The notes: generated by a model from the letters alone, not told the origin. A stretch of 64,000 nt of DNA from an uncultured delta proteobacterium (GCA_963816145.1 CAWFJP010000031.1:192001-256000), one strand, 5' to 3'; positions 9,659 to 19,898 are shown, numbered from the stretch's first letter. Numbers and translations are program-made.

Positions 9659-10171
9659 ATGGATAAGAAAAACCGCCAAGGACTGTGGAGCCGAAGAGAT
9701 TTTTTCACGCGCATCGGGTGGGGAAGTTTTGGGCTATTTGGCTTTATGGCGCTGGTTGGCTTTATTCGCGCCGCTTTCCCGAGAGTGCTTTTCCAGCCGC
9801 CGTCATTGTTCAAGGCTGGGTTTCCCGCAGAATACGCGGTCGGCGAAGTGAACGACAAATATATACAAGAACAACGAGTGTGGATTATTCGCGAGGACGA
9901 GGGGATTTACGCACTGTTCGCGAAGTGCACCCATTTAGGCTGCACGCCGCGTTGGCTGGCCGTGGAAGATAAATTCAAGTGTCCTTGCCACGGCAGCGGC
10001 TTTTATCGATCGGGCATGAATTTCGAGGGACCGGCGCCGCGACCGTTGGACCGCTTCAGAATCTCCATCGGCGAGGATGGCCAGCTAGTGGTGGATAAGA
10101 GCAAGGTGTTCAAGATGGCGGCCGGTATCGACCCCGAAGATCAGTATCCTGACAGCGTGCTGAAGGCTTGA
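9659..10171 (+). CDS. Rieske [2Fe-2S] protein of cytochrome bc1/b6f type
   Basis: Tat-like SRRDFF + TM helix; CTHLGC and CPCHGS motifs; GPAPRPL. Confidence 0.92.
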   Translation: MDKKNRQGLWSRRDFFTRIGWGSFGLFGFMALVGFIRAAFPRVLFQPPSLFKAGFPAEYAVGEVNDKYIQEQRVWIIREDEGIYALFAKCTHLGCTPRWLAVEDKFKCPCHGSGFYRSGMNFEGPAPRPLDRFRISIGEDGQLVVDKSKVFKMAAGIDPEDQYPDSVLKA

Positions 10172-10199
10172 GCCATGCTCCTCCGATGCGGTCTATCGT

Positions 10200-10278
10200 C
10201 AGAAACTTGGGCGTGAAGCGACAATGCATTCGCGCGGTCGTCCAAAGCGAAAGTAACAAGACTCCCGACCGCTTTTTC
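10200..10278 (+). repeat. Second copy of the RAYT 3' end
   Basis: AGAAACTTGGGCGTGAAGCGACAATGCATTCGCGCGGTCGTCCAAAGCGAAAGTAACAAGACTCCCGACC is a near copy of 645-713; shorter echo at about 9218-9245. Confidence 0.8.
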
Positions 10279-10300
10279 GACCCCCCGAGTTTCATTCGTT

Positions 10301-10850
10301 TCATCGGATTGGTTGCCATCCTGCCGCTTTTAGCTGCGCATAGTTTCGTCTCGTGATGCTGTAATCGAACAACGCCGAAAAATTAGGACGATCGGCGGCT
10401 GCGACTTTCGTCGGCTCGGCGCGAGTCGCGACTTCGTCTTTCAAAACGTCATCGGGCAGCGACCCGTCTTCGGTCATGCTCGCTTTGGTAACTTCGTAAT
10501 CGATCTTGAGGGCTGCTAGAGGCGAAGGATCGCGCTTACCATGACGACCTTCACCGGGTCGCCGCGCACCGCGGCACTCACCGCCGAACTTGCCGAACTG
10601 CTGAATTGAAACTGTCCCGACAATAGACCCGGAGTCGCCACGCCGCCGGGAGCGCGGATAACTTCGATATTGAGCCCTTCTTCGCGAAAGTAACCTTTGT
10701 CCATTGCGCAAATATGATCCATATAAGCGGCGCTGAGCGTCGCATAAGATACTCGAATGTTGTCGGTTGCGCGCGCAACTGATGTAGTTGATATGCTCGT
10801 CAGGAAAATCGCAAGGCAGGCCCATCTTTGGGTTGGAGAAATTGCATGGA
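10301..10850 (-). pseudogene. NitT/TauT-type substrate-binding protein with large internal deletion
   Basis: N-terminal part (ATDNIRVSYATLSAAY...GDPVKVVMV) joined out of frame to the C-terminal part (YEVTKASMTEDG...ALFDYSITRR). Confidence 0.75.
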
Positions 10851-10932
10851 ACAAAAATACCTTCATTCGATACCAACAGGGTTACGGCGCGTGGATCGCT
10901 ACCTGCTCAGGCGAACGAATACTATGGTTCTT

Positions 10933-11970
10933 TCACTTTGGCAGGAAATCGTTGGTCGCGATGTCCGTGAGGGTCGGTCGCTTTTTCAAGATCCCCGCCA
11001 CCTCCATGACGTCGGCGACGGCTTTCAACGCCCGTTCCGTCATCCGCCCATCGCGGCTGTAGGCCGGCACCGTTGCCTTGATCCCGGTCATGAGTGCGTC
11101 GCGCGGGATCGCGCCCATCGAGGGCTGGAGGGCGTCGGCGATCTCCTCGGGTTTCGCGGCGAGAGCCCACTGGTTGGCGCGGACTAGCGCCCGCACCAGC
11201 TTGCGCACAAGCTCGGGATCCTTCTGGATCACGTCGGGCCGGGTGACAAAGACCTGCTGAAGGTACTCCGCGAGCGCCGGGTCCTCGCCCCGCGCGTTGT
11301 CAATCAGCAGAATGGCGTAGCCACGCGCCACCGCCGTGTCGGGCAGCGGCGGCGACATGAGCGCGACGTCCACTTTGCGTTGCTCGAGGGCCGCGAGCCA
11401 GGTTAACCCGCTGCCAACCGCAATGACATTGGCGTCCTGCTGCGGCACCAGCCCAGCCTTGCGCAGGGTGTATGCGGCGAGGTTGGCGGTCAGCGAGCCG
11501 GGTTGCGTACTGCCGATCGTAAGCCCGCGGAGCGCTTTCAGCTTGTCGGCGAGTGGTGATTTCTCGGTGATCCCCTTGGCCTGCGCCACGTCTTTATGCA
11601 TCGCCCAGTTGATCAGAGCGCGGGGAATCACGCCCATCACCATGACGAGGCGCCGACCTTCCTGCCAGGGAAGGATGACCTGATCGCTTGCCGTGTAGGT
11701 GAAATCCACGTCCCCGGCGATCAGCGCCTTTATGTCCGGTCCGCCGCCGCTGGTCACATTCAGTTCCACGCTGAGGCCTTCCTGGGCAAAATAGCCCTTG
11801 GCCTCGGCGAGATACACCGGCGCCGTCGTCAGCGCCACCACCGGCAAGGTCATCTTCACCTTGCGCGGCGCCTGGGCGTGGGCGGGCGCGGAGATCAGCA
11901 AGATGAGAATGACGAGCGTGACGAACGCAACGAGCACGCAGGATCGGCTGTTATAAGAAGAAGGTGTCAT
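10933..11970 (-). CDS. ABC transporter substrate-binding protein, NitT/TauT family
   Basis: Signal peptide AHA-QA; KGYFAQEGLSVEL; ends DIATNDFLPK. Confidence 0.9.
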   Translation of the reverse strand: MTPSSYNSRSCVLVAFVTLVILILLISAPAHAQAPRKVKMTLPVVALTTAPVYLAEAKGYFAQEGLSVELNVTSGGGPDIKALIAGDVDFTYTASDQVILPWQEGRRLVMVMGVIPRALINWAMHKDVAQAKGITEKSPLADKLKALRGLTIGSTQPGSLTANLAAYTLRKAGLVPQQDANVIAVGSGLTWLAALEQRKVDVALMSPPLPDTAVARGYAILLIDNARGEDPALAEYLQQVFVTRPDVIQKDPELVRKLVRALVRANQWALAAKPEEIADALQPSMGAIPRDALMTGIKATVPAYSRDGRMTERALKAVADVMEVAGILKKRPTLTDIATNDFLPK

Positions 11971-12114
11971 AAAAGTATTCTCCAACTGTAATGTTACGAC
12001 GCGGATGAAGCGGCCAGCTCTTTCCGACTCCAACCTCTTGCATAACTCCATTCTTCCATGGCACGCGGATGCTACTGCGCGGATGAAGAGGCTGTCAACG
12101 GTATTTTTACGGCC

Positions 12115-12318
12115 TGTTGTAGCAAAGTGAATCTGACAGGGTCTAATAGCAACGTAATTATGTCAGGGTGGAAGGATGACAACCCTGACGATGAAAGACG
12201 AGAAACGACTGGACGTAATTCAACGAGTGTATCGCAGCGAGCTGACTGTTGAGGCAAGCCCACGATACTGGACTCAGCGAACGGCATTGTTACCGGGTCA
12301 AAGCGCGGGTGAACAAGG
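12115..12318 (+). mobile_element. Truncated IS (ISNCY/IS481-like): left end plus frameshifted transposase N-terminus
   Basis: Begins TGTTGTAGCAA; 12176 MTTLTMKDEKRLDVIQRVYRSELTV then shifted GLSERHCYRVKARVNK, an HTH-type transposase start. Confidence 0.7.
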
Positions 12319-12339
12319 TGACATGGGATCACTTTTACA

Positions 12340-12396
12340 TCCAGACTTTCCAGCTTTTAGTTTTGTTCATCCCGCACGGGCGCTTTTGCATTCAAC
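12340..12396 (-). repeat. Copy of the metE-like gene stop and downstream flank
   Basis: GTTCATCCCGCACGGGCGCTTTTGCATTCAAC matches 26031-26062 and 32368-32399. Confidence 0.75.
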
Positions 12397-12406
12397 GCCA
12401 ACGCCA

Positions 12407-12543
12407 CTACGGTTCCAATCGGAATCGCCTCCCGGGAGGATACCCGCTTCGAACTTCAATAGTTTTGGGCGCGGGACAGAGACATCGCTGCCGACCTTCT
12501 GGATGTTGATCAGCTCGGTGGGCGTGTCCCAGTCGCTCTTCGA
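12407..12543 (-). pseudogene. 3' stub of the secreted methyltransferase family
   Basis: SKSDWDTPTELINIQKVGSDVSVPRPKLLKFEAG..., frameshifted just before ...TTGGAACCGTAG. Confidence 0.85.
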
Positions 12544-12650
12544 ATGGCCTAGTATCAGGCTTTGCTTCTTTGACAACACTGTCGTGTATCCAACCTTATC
12601 CCGGTGAGGCGGATGTCCATAAGTTGCCAGCCCCCTTGAGTGCATATGCT

Positions 12651-13475
12651 TCAGTCGCAGTTCTTAAGCTTGGATTCCTGACAGCGGCGTGCCATCTCCT
12701 GCGCGGTTTCAATCTGCTCGGCGGTCATTTTTGACGCGATTCCATCTCGATTCTTTGCCGCCGTATCTCCAGAATCGCCGCCCAATGCTGCGGCAGCGAG
12801 GTTAAACCACATATACGCGCGCACAAAGTCCAGCCGCACGCCTGTGCCATGGGTATACATCACACCCAGATTAACCTGGGCAAATTCGTTTCCCTGCGCA
12901 GCGGCGAGGCGATACCACTTCACGGCTTCCGGAAAATCCTGCGGCACGCCCTGGCCTTTTTCATACGCCACACCCAGACTGTACTCTGCCGGTGCGTATC
13001 CCTGAGCCGCCGCGAGGCGATACCACTTTACAGCCTCGTGAAAATCCTGCGGCACGCCTTGCCCCTCAGCATATATCGAACCCAGCCTCGTCTGCGCCCA
13101 TTCGTCTTCCCGCCCCGCTGCGATGCGATACCACTTCACGGCTTCCTGAAAATCCTGCGGCACGCCTTGCCCTTTCTCATACGCCAGACCGAGGCTGTAC
13201 TGCGCCGGGACATTTCCCTGCGCTGCCGCGAGGCGAAACCACTTTACAGCCTCCTGAAAATCCTGCGGCACGCCTTTCCCCTCTGCATAGATCAAACCGA
13301 GCCGCCGCTGCGCCCATTGGTGTCCCTGCTCGGCAAGCTGGCGAAAGAGTTTCATCGCCTGAACATAGTCGCCGCGCTCGTACGCAACGCTTGCGTCATC
13401 AAAAGGGTTTGCTGCGGCAAAACTACAGCTGCCGAGCAGATAAAGAATGGCGAGCAAATACAGGTTGGTTTTCAT
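12651..13475 (-). CDS. Secreted Sel1-repeat (SLR) protein
   Basis: Signal peptide; repeats AQxxLGxxYxxGxGVPQDFxEAVKWYRLAAAQG with 108-bp DNA periodicity; C-terminal AYMWFNLAAA...MTAEQIETAQ. Confidence 0.92.
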   Translation of the reverse strand: MKTNLYLLAILYLLGSCSFAAANPFDDASVAYERGDYVQAMKLFRQLAEQGHQWAQRRLGLIYAEGKGVPQDFQEAVKWFRLAAAQGNVPAQYSLGLAYEKGQGVPQDFQEAVKWYRIAAGREDEWAQTRLGSIYAEGQGVPQDFHEAVKWYRLAAAQGYAPAEYSLGVAYEKGQGVPQDFPEAVKWYRLAAAQGNEFAQVNLGVMYTHGTGVRLDFVRAYMWFNLAAAALGGDSGDTAAKNRDGIASKMTAEQIETAQEMARRCQESKLKNCD

Positions 13476-13555
13476 GGCGATCCCCATGCCGTTACCGACT
13501 GTGGCTTGCCTGACCGCGACTGTCACACGAATACGCTGTTGACGTCATGAATCCT

Positions 13556-13773
13556 GGGTCATCGCGTAATCGAGTGGGCACTGACTTAATGGCAAATTAC
13601 TCTCCCATGGCCGGTTCCTCCCTTTCGCAAAGGGAGGTTAGGAGGGATTTTTCATGGCTTGAAAGATCGTCTTCTGCACAAAATCCCCCCAACCCCCCTT
13701 TTCTAAAGGGGGGTGAAACCTACAAGAACAGCATTTCTCAACAAATTTTACCCACTCGATTACGCGAAGAGCC
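13556..13773. mobile_element. MITE (218 bp) with 23-bp TIRs and 8-bp target duplication
   Basis: GGGTCATCGCGTAATCGAGTGGG ... CCCACTCGATTACGCGAAGAGCC (21/23 match); flanks TGAATCCT / TGAATCTT; internal palindromes. Confidence 0.85.
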
Positions 13774-13832
13774 TGAATCTTAATATTGCTAATTTTTCGG
13801 CTTGCTCTTTATCCGTCCCGGCACGGCGTTGC

Positions 13833-13871
13833 GCATGCGCTTGAAATGCGCCGCGACGTTGGCGAAGCCTG
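13833..13871 (-). repeat. 39-bp exact copy of the GST 3' region
   Basis: GCATGCGCTTGAAATGCGCCGCGACGTTGGCGAAGCCTG is identical to 28409-28447. Confidence 0.9.
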
Positions 13872-13932
13872 CGATTCAACCCCCAAATGCGTGGCGCGGC
13901 CCTGATCCAACTGCGAGCCATGTTGCATTACC

Positions 13933-14844
13933 CTACGGGTCCAATTGGAAGCGCCGCGCGGGAGGATATCCCGCCTCGAACTCCCATAGTTTCAGGTGCG
14001 GGACCGAAACGTTGCTGCAAACCTTCCGAATATTTATCAGCTCGGTGGGCCTTTTCCAGTCGCTCTTCGACTCACAGGTAACTTGCGCGCAGGCGGTCCG
14101 CTTCAGCCAGGAGCAAACTTTCTCGGGGCGGCCGGCGGCATCCTCCAGCTCGGTCAGATACAAGATGCCGAGTTTGTCCTTGCCATCCTCTAAATGCACG
14201 CCTGGCACCAGCGTGTAGAAGGCGCCGCCGATCTCCAGCAACCTCAGCACTCTCTCGACAAACCCGGACAAGTCCTCGGTATAGGAGAAGCCGCCGAACA
14301 CGTCGGTAATGATCTGGAATTTTCCAAGCTCCTCGGGCGAATACTGGCGCAGACGTTTGCCGGAGAGATATCGTACACGGTCATCGCCGAAGCTCGCGGC
14401 CTGGTCTCGCCACCTGTCGGTCCGGCGGTCCTCGATGGACATCGCGACCGCGCGCGCCTTCTCCACGGACCGGCCGCATTTTTGAGCCGGCGCCGCGTCG
14501 ACTGCGGACGCATGGTAGTCCAGTAGGGCCTCGCCGGCGCCCGCTCCGATATCCAGCCATCGGTCGGAGCTGCCAAGCCTGCCGAGCGCGTCGCAGAAGC
14601 CGGAGGGAAGAAGCTCCGCGTAGTCCGAGAGCCCTCGGTTGGTGACGTAGCCGCTAGGCACTTCGGCGCCCCGGCTGCGGTAGATCTTTTCCTGCTTGGT
14701 GAATTCCTCGTCGAGCCGCGGTTGAGCGGGTTCTTGCGGCCAGCCAACTTCCAGCCCAAGCGCCGGCACGACGATGGCGATCACAACGGCCAGGCGCGCT
14801 GCCGCAGCCTTCCATCCTTTCCCCGACGATGTGACTGAACCCAT
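13933..14844 (-). CDS. Secreted class I SAM-dependent methyltransferase-fold protein (paralog B)
   Basis: Hydrophobic N-terminus ending GWP-QEP; WLDIGAGAG; IITDVFGGF; six conserved Cys. Confidence 0.88.
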   Translation of the reverse strand: MGSVTSSGKGWKAAAARLAVVIAIVVPALGLEVGWPQEPAQPRLDEEFTKQEKIYRSRGAEVPSGYVTNRGLSDYAELLPSGFCDALGRLGSSDRWLDIGAGAGEALLDYHASAVDAAPAQKCGRSVEKARAVAMSIEDRRTDRWRDQAASFGDDRVRYLSGKRLRQYSPEELGKFQIITDVFGGFSYTEDLSGFVERVLRLLEIGGAFYTLVPGVHLEDGKDKLGILYLTELEDAAGRPEKVCSWLKRTACAQVTCESKSDWKRPTELINIRKVCSNVSVPHLKLWEFEAGYPPARRFQLDP

Positions 14845-14849
14845 GACGA

Positions 14850-14876
14850 TTACTTACTCCTCGCGTTGAAAAACGT
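14850..14876 (-). pseudogene. 3' stub of the alpha/beta-hydrolase
   Basis: TFFNARSK* vs TFFNARRK* at 27140-27166, with the same 5-bp spacing to the MTase ATG. Confidence 0.75.
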
Positions 14877-15004
14877 CGATAACGAAACGTTGTTGACGAA
14901 GTGGACTAGCGCTGTTCAGCGGCCATTTCCCGGTCGCAGGTCAACGGTGGCGGAATTTGTCCCGTTGGTCAACAATGCAACCTTCCACGCGCACAATCTC
15001 CGAT

Positions 15005-15068
15005 CTTTGCGGCCTTTGCGTCTTTGCGGGAGATACTCCGAAATTCGCTTGCGCGTCTGTCGCGCCGG
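15005..15068. repeat. CTTTGCG-periodic intergenic repeat; inverted copy at 30573-30636
   Basis: CTTTGCGGCCTTTGCGTCTTTGCGGGAGATACTCCGAAATTCGCTTGCG is nearly the reverse complement of 30588-30636. Confidence 0.75.
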
Positions 15069-15160
15069 TTTGTTGCGTCGCCGCGGTGAAACAGAAATTT
15101 GCGATTACCCCGCGATAGGGTGTTCACGTTCCACGTTTACGACTCGCGTTTTCTCACCGC

Positions 15161-16839
15161 TTACTTTGGCGCAGCCGCTTTGCGCCGGCCGATGGCGGCC
15201 TCGGCTCGCGGGCTGATCGCGCGCTCCACCGCGACGTTCAGCAGCGCCGGCTTGTTGGCGGCGAGCGCGCGCTCCAACGACGGCTTTAGATCGTCGGGAC
15301 GCTCGACAAACTCGCCGTAACCGCCAAGGCCTTGCACCACCTGATCGTAACGGCTTTGACGCAGATCGGTGGCGACGGCGCGACCGTAGAGACCGAGCTG
15401 GATTTGCCGGTCGATGCCCCACGCCGAATCGTTGCCGATGATCGCGACGATATTCAGTCCATGGCGCACGGCGGTGTCGAATTCCATGCCGTTAAAGCCA
15501 AAAGCGCCGTCGCCGGTGAGCATGAAGACGCGCGAATTCGGATAAGCGACCTTGGCCGCCAGCGCGGTGGGCAACGAGGATCCCAACATGCCGAGGCTGG
15601 AAACGTTGAACCAGCGCTTCGGTTTGACCGCCGGGAGATAAGACCTGCCGAAATGACAAAAATCGCCGCCATCGAACACCAGACAGTCGTCGGGGCGGAG
15701 TATGGATTTTAGCGTCTTGTGGACGAAGAGCGCGTGCATCGGCGTGTTGGGCTGCGCGAGCTTTTCCGCCCACTCGGCCTGGGCCGCCGCGCGGCGCGCA
15801 GTTCCTCCAGCCACGGGAGATCCTTCCACTGGTAGTTGGCCGCCTCCTGGGTCATCTGCTCCAGGATGCTCGTGACATCGCCTGCCATGCCGACATCGAC
15901 GCCGCGATTGCGGCCGATCTCCAGCGGCGAAGGATCGATCTGAATAATCTTCGCGTTCGCCGCGACATGCGGCGGGCGGCAATAACCGATGATGAAGTCT
16001 TGCTTGCGGCCGAGCAGCACGACCACGTCGGCGTCGCGGACTTTGGCCGCCGCGCGATTCAGGCCGCGCTCGAAGTAGCCGAAGACGTAGGGGTGATCGT
16101 CAGGAACCAGACCGCGCGACTGCTCTTCGGTCACGATCGGCAGGCGCGTCGTTTCGATGAAGCGTTGCATCGCTTCGCCCGAGAGCGTGTAGCCGGCGGC
16201 GCTGCCGGCGATCAGCAGCGGCCGCTGCGCTTGGCGCAAGAGCGCGACCGCCTGCCGCACTTGTTTGGGATCGCCGAGCACGGCGGCATTGGGCCGGTAG
16301 GCATCAGGAGCTATCAACGTCACGTCGTTTTCCTCGACGCTTTGCTCTTGCACGTCGATGGGAATCGTCAAATGCACCGGCCCGCGCCGCCCGCTGAACG
16401 CCAGGCGCATGGCGCGGGCGATGTATTCAGGAATCCTGCGCGCATCCGGAACCATGAACGAACCCTTGCACATGGGTTCGGCCATGCCAACTTGATTGAT
16501 TTCTTGTTGGGCGCCGCGGCCTAAATCATGGGTGTCTGCGCAACCGGCGATGGAAATCACCGGGCCCTCGGTGTGCATCGCATTGGTGAGGCCGGGAATT
16601 GCGTTGGCGAATCCCGGCGTGGTGTACATGCAGACGCCGGGCTGCTCGGTGATGCGGCTCCAGGCATCCGCCATGTGGACGGCGGCTTGCTCATGACGGG
16701 TGTCGAGGACGCGAAAGTCCTGATCCGCCATCACGTCCAATACCGGCAGTATGTGATCGCCCGCCAGAGCGAAGATATTTCTGACGCCTTCGAGCTTGAG
16801 CGCTTTGCAGATCAGATGACTTCCCGTGAGTCGGGCCAT
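15161..16839 (-). pseudogene. Thiamine pyrophosphate-dependent enzyme (acetolactate synthase large subunit-like) with one frameshift near 15790; may be intact in vivo
   Basis: N-part has TRHEQAAVHMADAW and GPVHLTIP; C-part has TPP motif GDGAFGF...GND; frames join in a GC run. Confidence 0.85.
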
Positions 16840-16881
16840 GTTCGCCTCCTATTGGTCAAAATCCAGCGCTGACGCCTCGAT

Positions 16882-17013
16882 GGGTAATGGTTCAGTTTGA
16901 GTCGGGCGCAAATCTTCATGAGACAGATTTCTCGCTGTGCTCGAAATGACAGCAGAATAGTCGCATTGTCATCTCGAACGAAGTGAGAGATCTCGGTCTA
17001 ACTAAACCACTAC
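16882..17013. mobile_element. MITE, inverted copy of 5165-5299
   Basis: GGTAATGGTTCAGT ... ACTAAACCACTAC termini; perfect flanking direct repeat GCCTCGAT (16874-16881 / 17014-17021). Confidence 0.85.
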
Positions 17014-17123
17014 GCCTCGATCCCATCACGCGCAAAAGGCTTTGTGAGACGTCCCGCGTGATTTCGTTTAATACAGCGCCGCAGTGCCAGTCAATGGATG
17101 ATTGTAGCAGCGCGGCCGAAATC

Positions 17124-18536
17124 TCATGTCCGCTCGACGCCGCAGCTCTCGACGAGATCCGCGAGATCTTCGACGGTGGCGAGGCGATTACAGAGGTCGA
17201 GCAATCGCCGTGGCCTGAGCAAGGTCGCCTGGGGTTGCAGAAGCCAGGTCATTTTGTCGAGCAAATCGGCGTCGCTCAGCGGCGCGTCCGGATGACCCTT
17301 CGGTTGATGCACGATGATTTCTTCGGTCCGCCCATCGTTCAGTTCGGCCACCAGCCGCACACCGAGAATACCCTCGGTGTCAAAAGCGCTGTCTCTTGCC
17401 GGGTCGATTACCAACTCTATTTTTGCCATCGCCGACTTCACCTCGGCGGATTCCCAAGGTGATGCTTCATATTCGCAGGGCGTCAAGCGGCCGCGCAGGA
17501 GCGCCATCGCCATCACGTAAGGCGTGCTATGGTCCGCCGCCTCCCGGCTTGACGGCGCAAAGGCTTGGGGCGAGCCCTGCACGCCGCCGCAGACATTGCG
17601 GTGGCCATGGAGGATGAGTTTTCGCACTTGCTCGGCGCGGATGCCGTTTCGATAGAGGCCAAGGGTCGCCTCGATGGCCGCCTGTGTGTTGATCTGCGCC
17701 GGATAAAGTTTCAGCATATTTCGCGTCATGGTCCAGCGTCGACCGAGTTGTTGGACCGGTCGCGGATCGAAACGAGAGCGGCGAGGCGATTTTAAATGCG
17801 CCAGAACGATCTCCAACGCATCGTCGGTGGCGGTCACGCCGAGGGCGGCCAACTCGGCCGACTCCACCGCGCGCTCCAGAGCCAAGCCGACCGCAACGCT
17901 CTTGATCACTGGAATGGTCTCTGCCGGTCTGATCCAGGTATTGAGCACGGTGCCGGTCGCTGTCGAGAGACCGCAGGCGTGCACCGCTTCAGCAGCCGTT
18001 GCGCCGACCAGACGGGCGGCGACGATCGGCGCGACCCAGGCGACGTTGGTCACTGGGTGAAGGCCGCGCTCCCAGAAATTGAGCGATTCGGCCAAGGCGC
18101 CTTGCAGCTCGTAGGACGCGACGATGCAAGTGAGCAATTCCTCGCCGCTGCGCCGATAACGCTCGGCGAGAGCGAGGAGCGCTGCCGTGGCGTCGCTGAA
18201 GTGGCCGGAGGCGCCGCCGCGACGCAAGACGAAGATGTCATTGGCGTCGAGAAATCGAACCATGGTGCCATTAACCAGCGCGGCGAGTCCGGCGGGAACT
18301 TTTTCCGTCGTGCCGATGATCGTCGCGTCGGCGCGACCGCCCTGGGCGATCGCATGTTTTCGCAGGGCTAGGACGGTCGCCGCTGCGCGCGCGCCGAGAG
18401 CGCAGGCGAGGGTGTCGGCCAAGTGCCGTCGCGCCGCGGCTTTAACTTCCGGTGGGATGGCATCGTAGCGCAGCGCAAAGGTAAATTCAGCCATCGTCTG
18501 CGCCAAGGTCTTCAACGTCGTTTTTTCGCTCGCCAT
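17124..18536 (-). CDS. MmgE/PrpD family protein
   Basis: DTLACALGA, NGTMVRFLDAND, GHFSD, KLYPAQ, ADHSTPY, PKGHP. Confidence 0.9.
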   Translation of the reverse strand: MASEKTTLKTLAQTMAEFTFALRYDAIPPEVKAAARRHLADTLACALGARAAATVLALRKHAIAQGGRADATIIGTTEKVPAGLAALVNGTMVRFLDANDIFVLRRGGASGHFSDATAALLALAERYRRSGEELLTCIVASYELQGALAESLNFWERGLHPVTNVAWVAPIVAARLVGATAAEAVHACGLSTATGTVLNTWIRPAETIPVIKSVAVGLALERAVESAELAALGVTATDDALEIVLAHLKSPRRSRFDPRPVQQLGRRWTMTRNMLKLYPAQINTQAAIEATLGLYRNGIRAEQVRKLILHGHRNVCGGVQGSPQAFAPSSREAADHSTPYVMAMALLRGRLTPCEYEASPWESAEVKSAMAKIELVIDPARDSAFDTEGILGVRLVAELNDGRTEEIIVHQPKGHPDAPLSDADLLDKMTWLLQPQATLLRPRRLLDLCNRLATVEDLADLVESCGVERT

Positions 18537-18778
18537 CGTGTTCGCTTTATCTGATCATGCTTTATATGGCGGACTCGCTGTCGTCCCCTGAACTGCGCCC
18601 TCCGAAATGCACGCGCCTGATATTGTTCGAGCGCATTGAGGTTATTATCTCGTAATTACCGCTTCGGGCAATAAGCACATCGGTCAGGAGCTTTAACGAC
18701 CGGGGGGCGCGAATCTTTCGTTCTTGACTGAAGAGAGCCAAGACAGTATGGCAGAGGAAACGTTTTGAAGGGGGTGCC

Positions 18779-19879
18779 ATGAAAAAGTTCCGCTTCAACA
18801 CCAAACGATCGATCGGTCGATGGCTCATTTTCTCTGCGCTGTCGTTGGCGTTCGCCGGCCCGGCGACCGGCGCAGTCCCTTATTATGAAGGGAAGACTAT
18901 CGAAGTCGTCATCCCGTTCGGGGTTGCCGGCGGCTCGGATGTCTGGATTCGCACGATAGCGCCGTATCTCGAGAAAAATATTGCCGGCAATCCCAAATTC
19001 ACCTTTCGCAACATCGCTGGCGGAAGGGCAATCCCCGGCATGATGGAATTTGCGCAGAAGGCTAAGTCCGATGGGCTCATGGTTTTGGTCAGTTCGGCGA
19101 CCAATTATTTTCCAGTCCTTTTGGGTGACAAGGCCGCCAAGTACGACTTCAAACAGTGGAAGCCGCTGCTGGTAAATCCTGTTGGCGGCGTCATGTACGT
19201 TTCTCCCAGCTCGGGTGTCAAACGGATCGAGGATCTGGCGAGAGCTAAGAATCTGATCTATGGCGGGATCAGCGCCATCGGGCTCGATATGATACCGCTG
19301 ATCACTTTCGAGCTCTTGGAGCTGGATGCCAGGGGCGTGCTCGGTTTCAAGGGCAGGGGAGACGCGCGGATCGCGTTTGAACGGGGTGAAATCAATATCG
19401 ATTATCAGACGACGCCGGCCTACAACGCCACCGTGGTGCCGCTAATCAAGGAAGGCAAAGCGATCCCGCTGATGAGCTTCGGCCAGCTCGACGAAAAGGG
19501 CGACATCATCCGCGACCCGGCCGTGCCTGATCTACCGACGGTTCCGGAGGTCTATGAAAAGCTCAAGGGCAAGAAGCCTTCGGGCAAGTTCTGGGAGACC
19601 TACAAAATTTTCATGCCCTCCGCATTTGCCGTGCAGAAAATTCTTTGGGTCAAGGGTGATGCCCCAGCGGCAGCGTCGCAGGCTTTCTATGCGGCCGCCG
19701 ACCGGCTCGATAAAGACAAAGAATTTCACGTCAAGACCGAAAAAATATTGGGCGGCTATCCTTTACTGCGTGGTGATCGCCTGGAAAAAACCATCCAGCA
19801 AGCTTTCCAGATCGACGCGGAAACCCAACGATTCGTCAAGGAATGGACGGGCAAGAAGTACCGGGTGAAGTTCGATTAG
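18779..19879 (+). CDS. tctC: Tripartite tricarboxylate transporter substrate-binding protein (TctC/Bug-like)
   Basis: YYEGKTIEVVIPFGVAGGSD, DARIAFERGEI, RDPAVPDLPT; directly upstream of tctA. Confidence 0.8.
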   Translation: MKKFRFNTKRSIGRWLIFSALSLAFAGPATGAVPYYEGKTIEVVIPFGVAGGSDVWIRTIAPYLEKNIAGNPKFTFRNIAGGRAIPGMMEFAQKAKSDGLMVLVSSATNYFPVLLGDKAAKYDFKQWKPLLVNPVGGVMYVSPSSGVKRIEDLARAKNLIYGGISAIGLDMIPLITFELLELDARGVLGFKGRGDARIAFERGEINIDYQTTPAYNATVVPLIKEGKAIPLMSFGQLDEKGDIIRDPAVPDLPTVPEVYEKLKGKKPSGKFWETYKIFMPSAFAVQKILWVKGDAPAAASQAFYAAADRLDKDKEFHVKTEKILGGYPLLRGDRLEKTIQQAFQIDAETQRFVKEWTGKKYRVKFD

Positions 19880-19898
19880 CCTGATGATCGACAACTGC

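Noticed and set aside
12407-12543. MTase 3' stub as a DGR template repeat
   Set aside because: No reverse transcriptase in the window, differences are not confined to adenines, and the stub contains an indel.
12860-13330. 108-bp periodic DNA as a non-coding array
   Set aside because: Fully explained by in-frame Sel1 protein repeats.
5893-14876. Integron cassette array as explanation for the stub pattern
   Set aside because: No attC-like RYYYAAC...GTTRRRY hairpins or IntI seen; the repeats are coding 3' ends.
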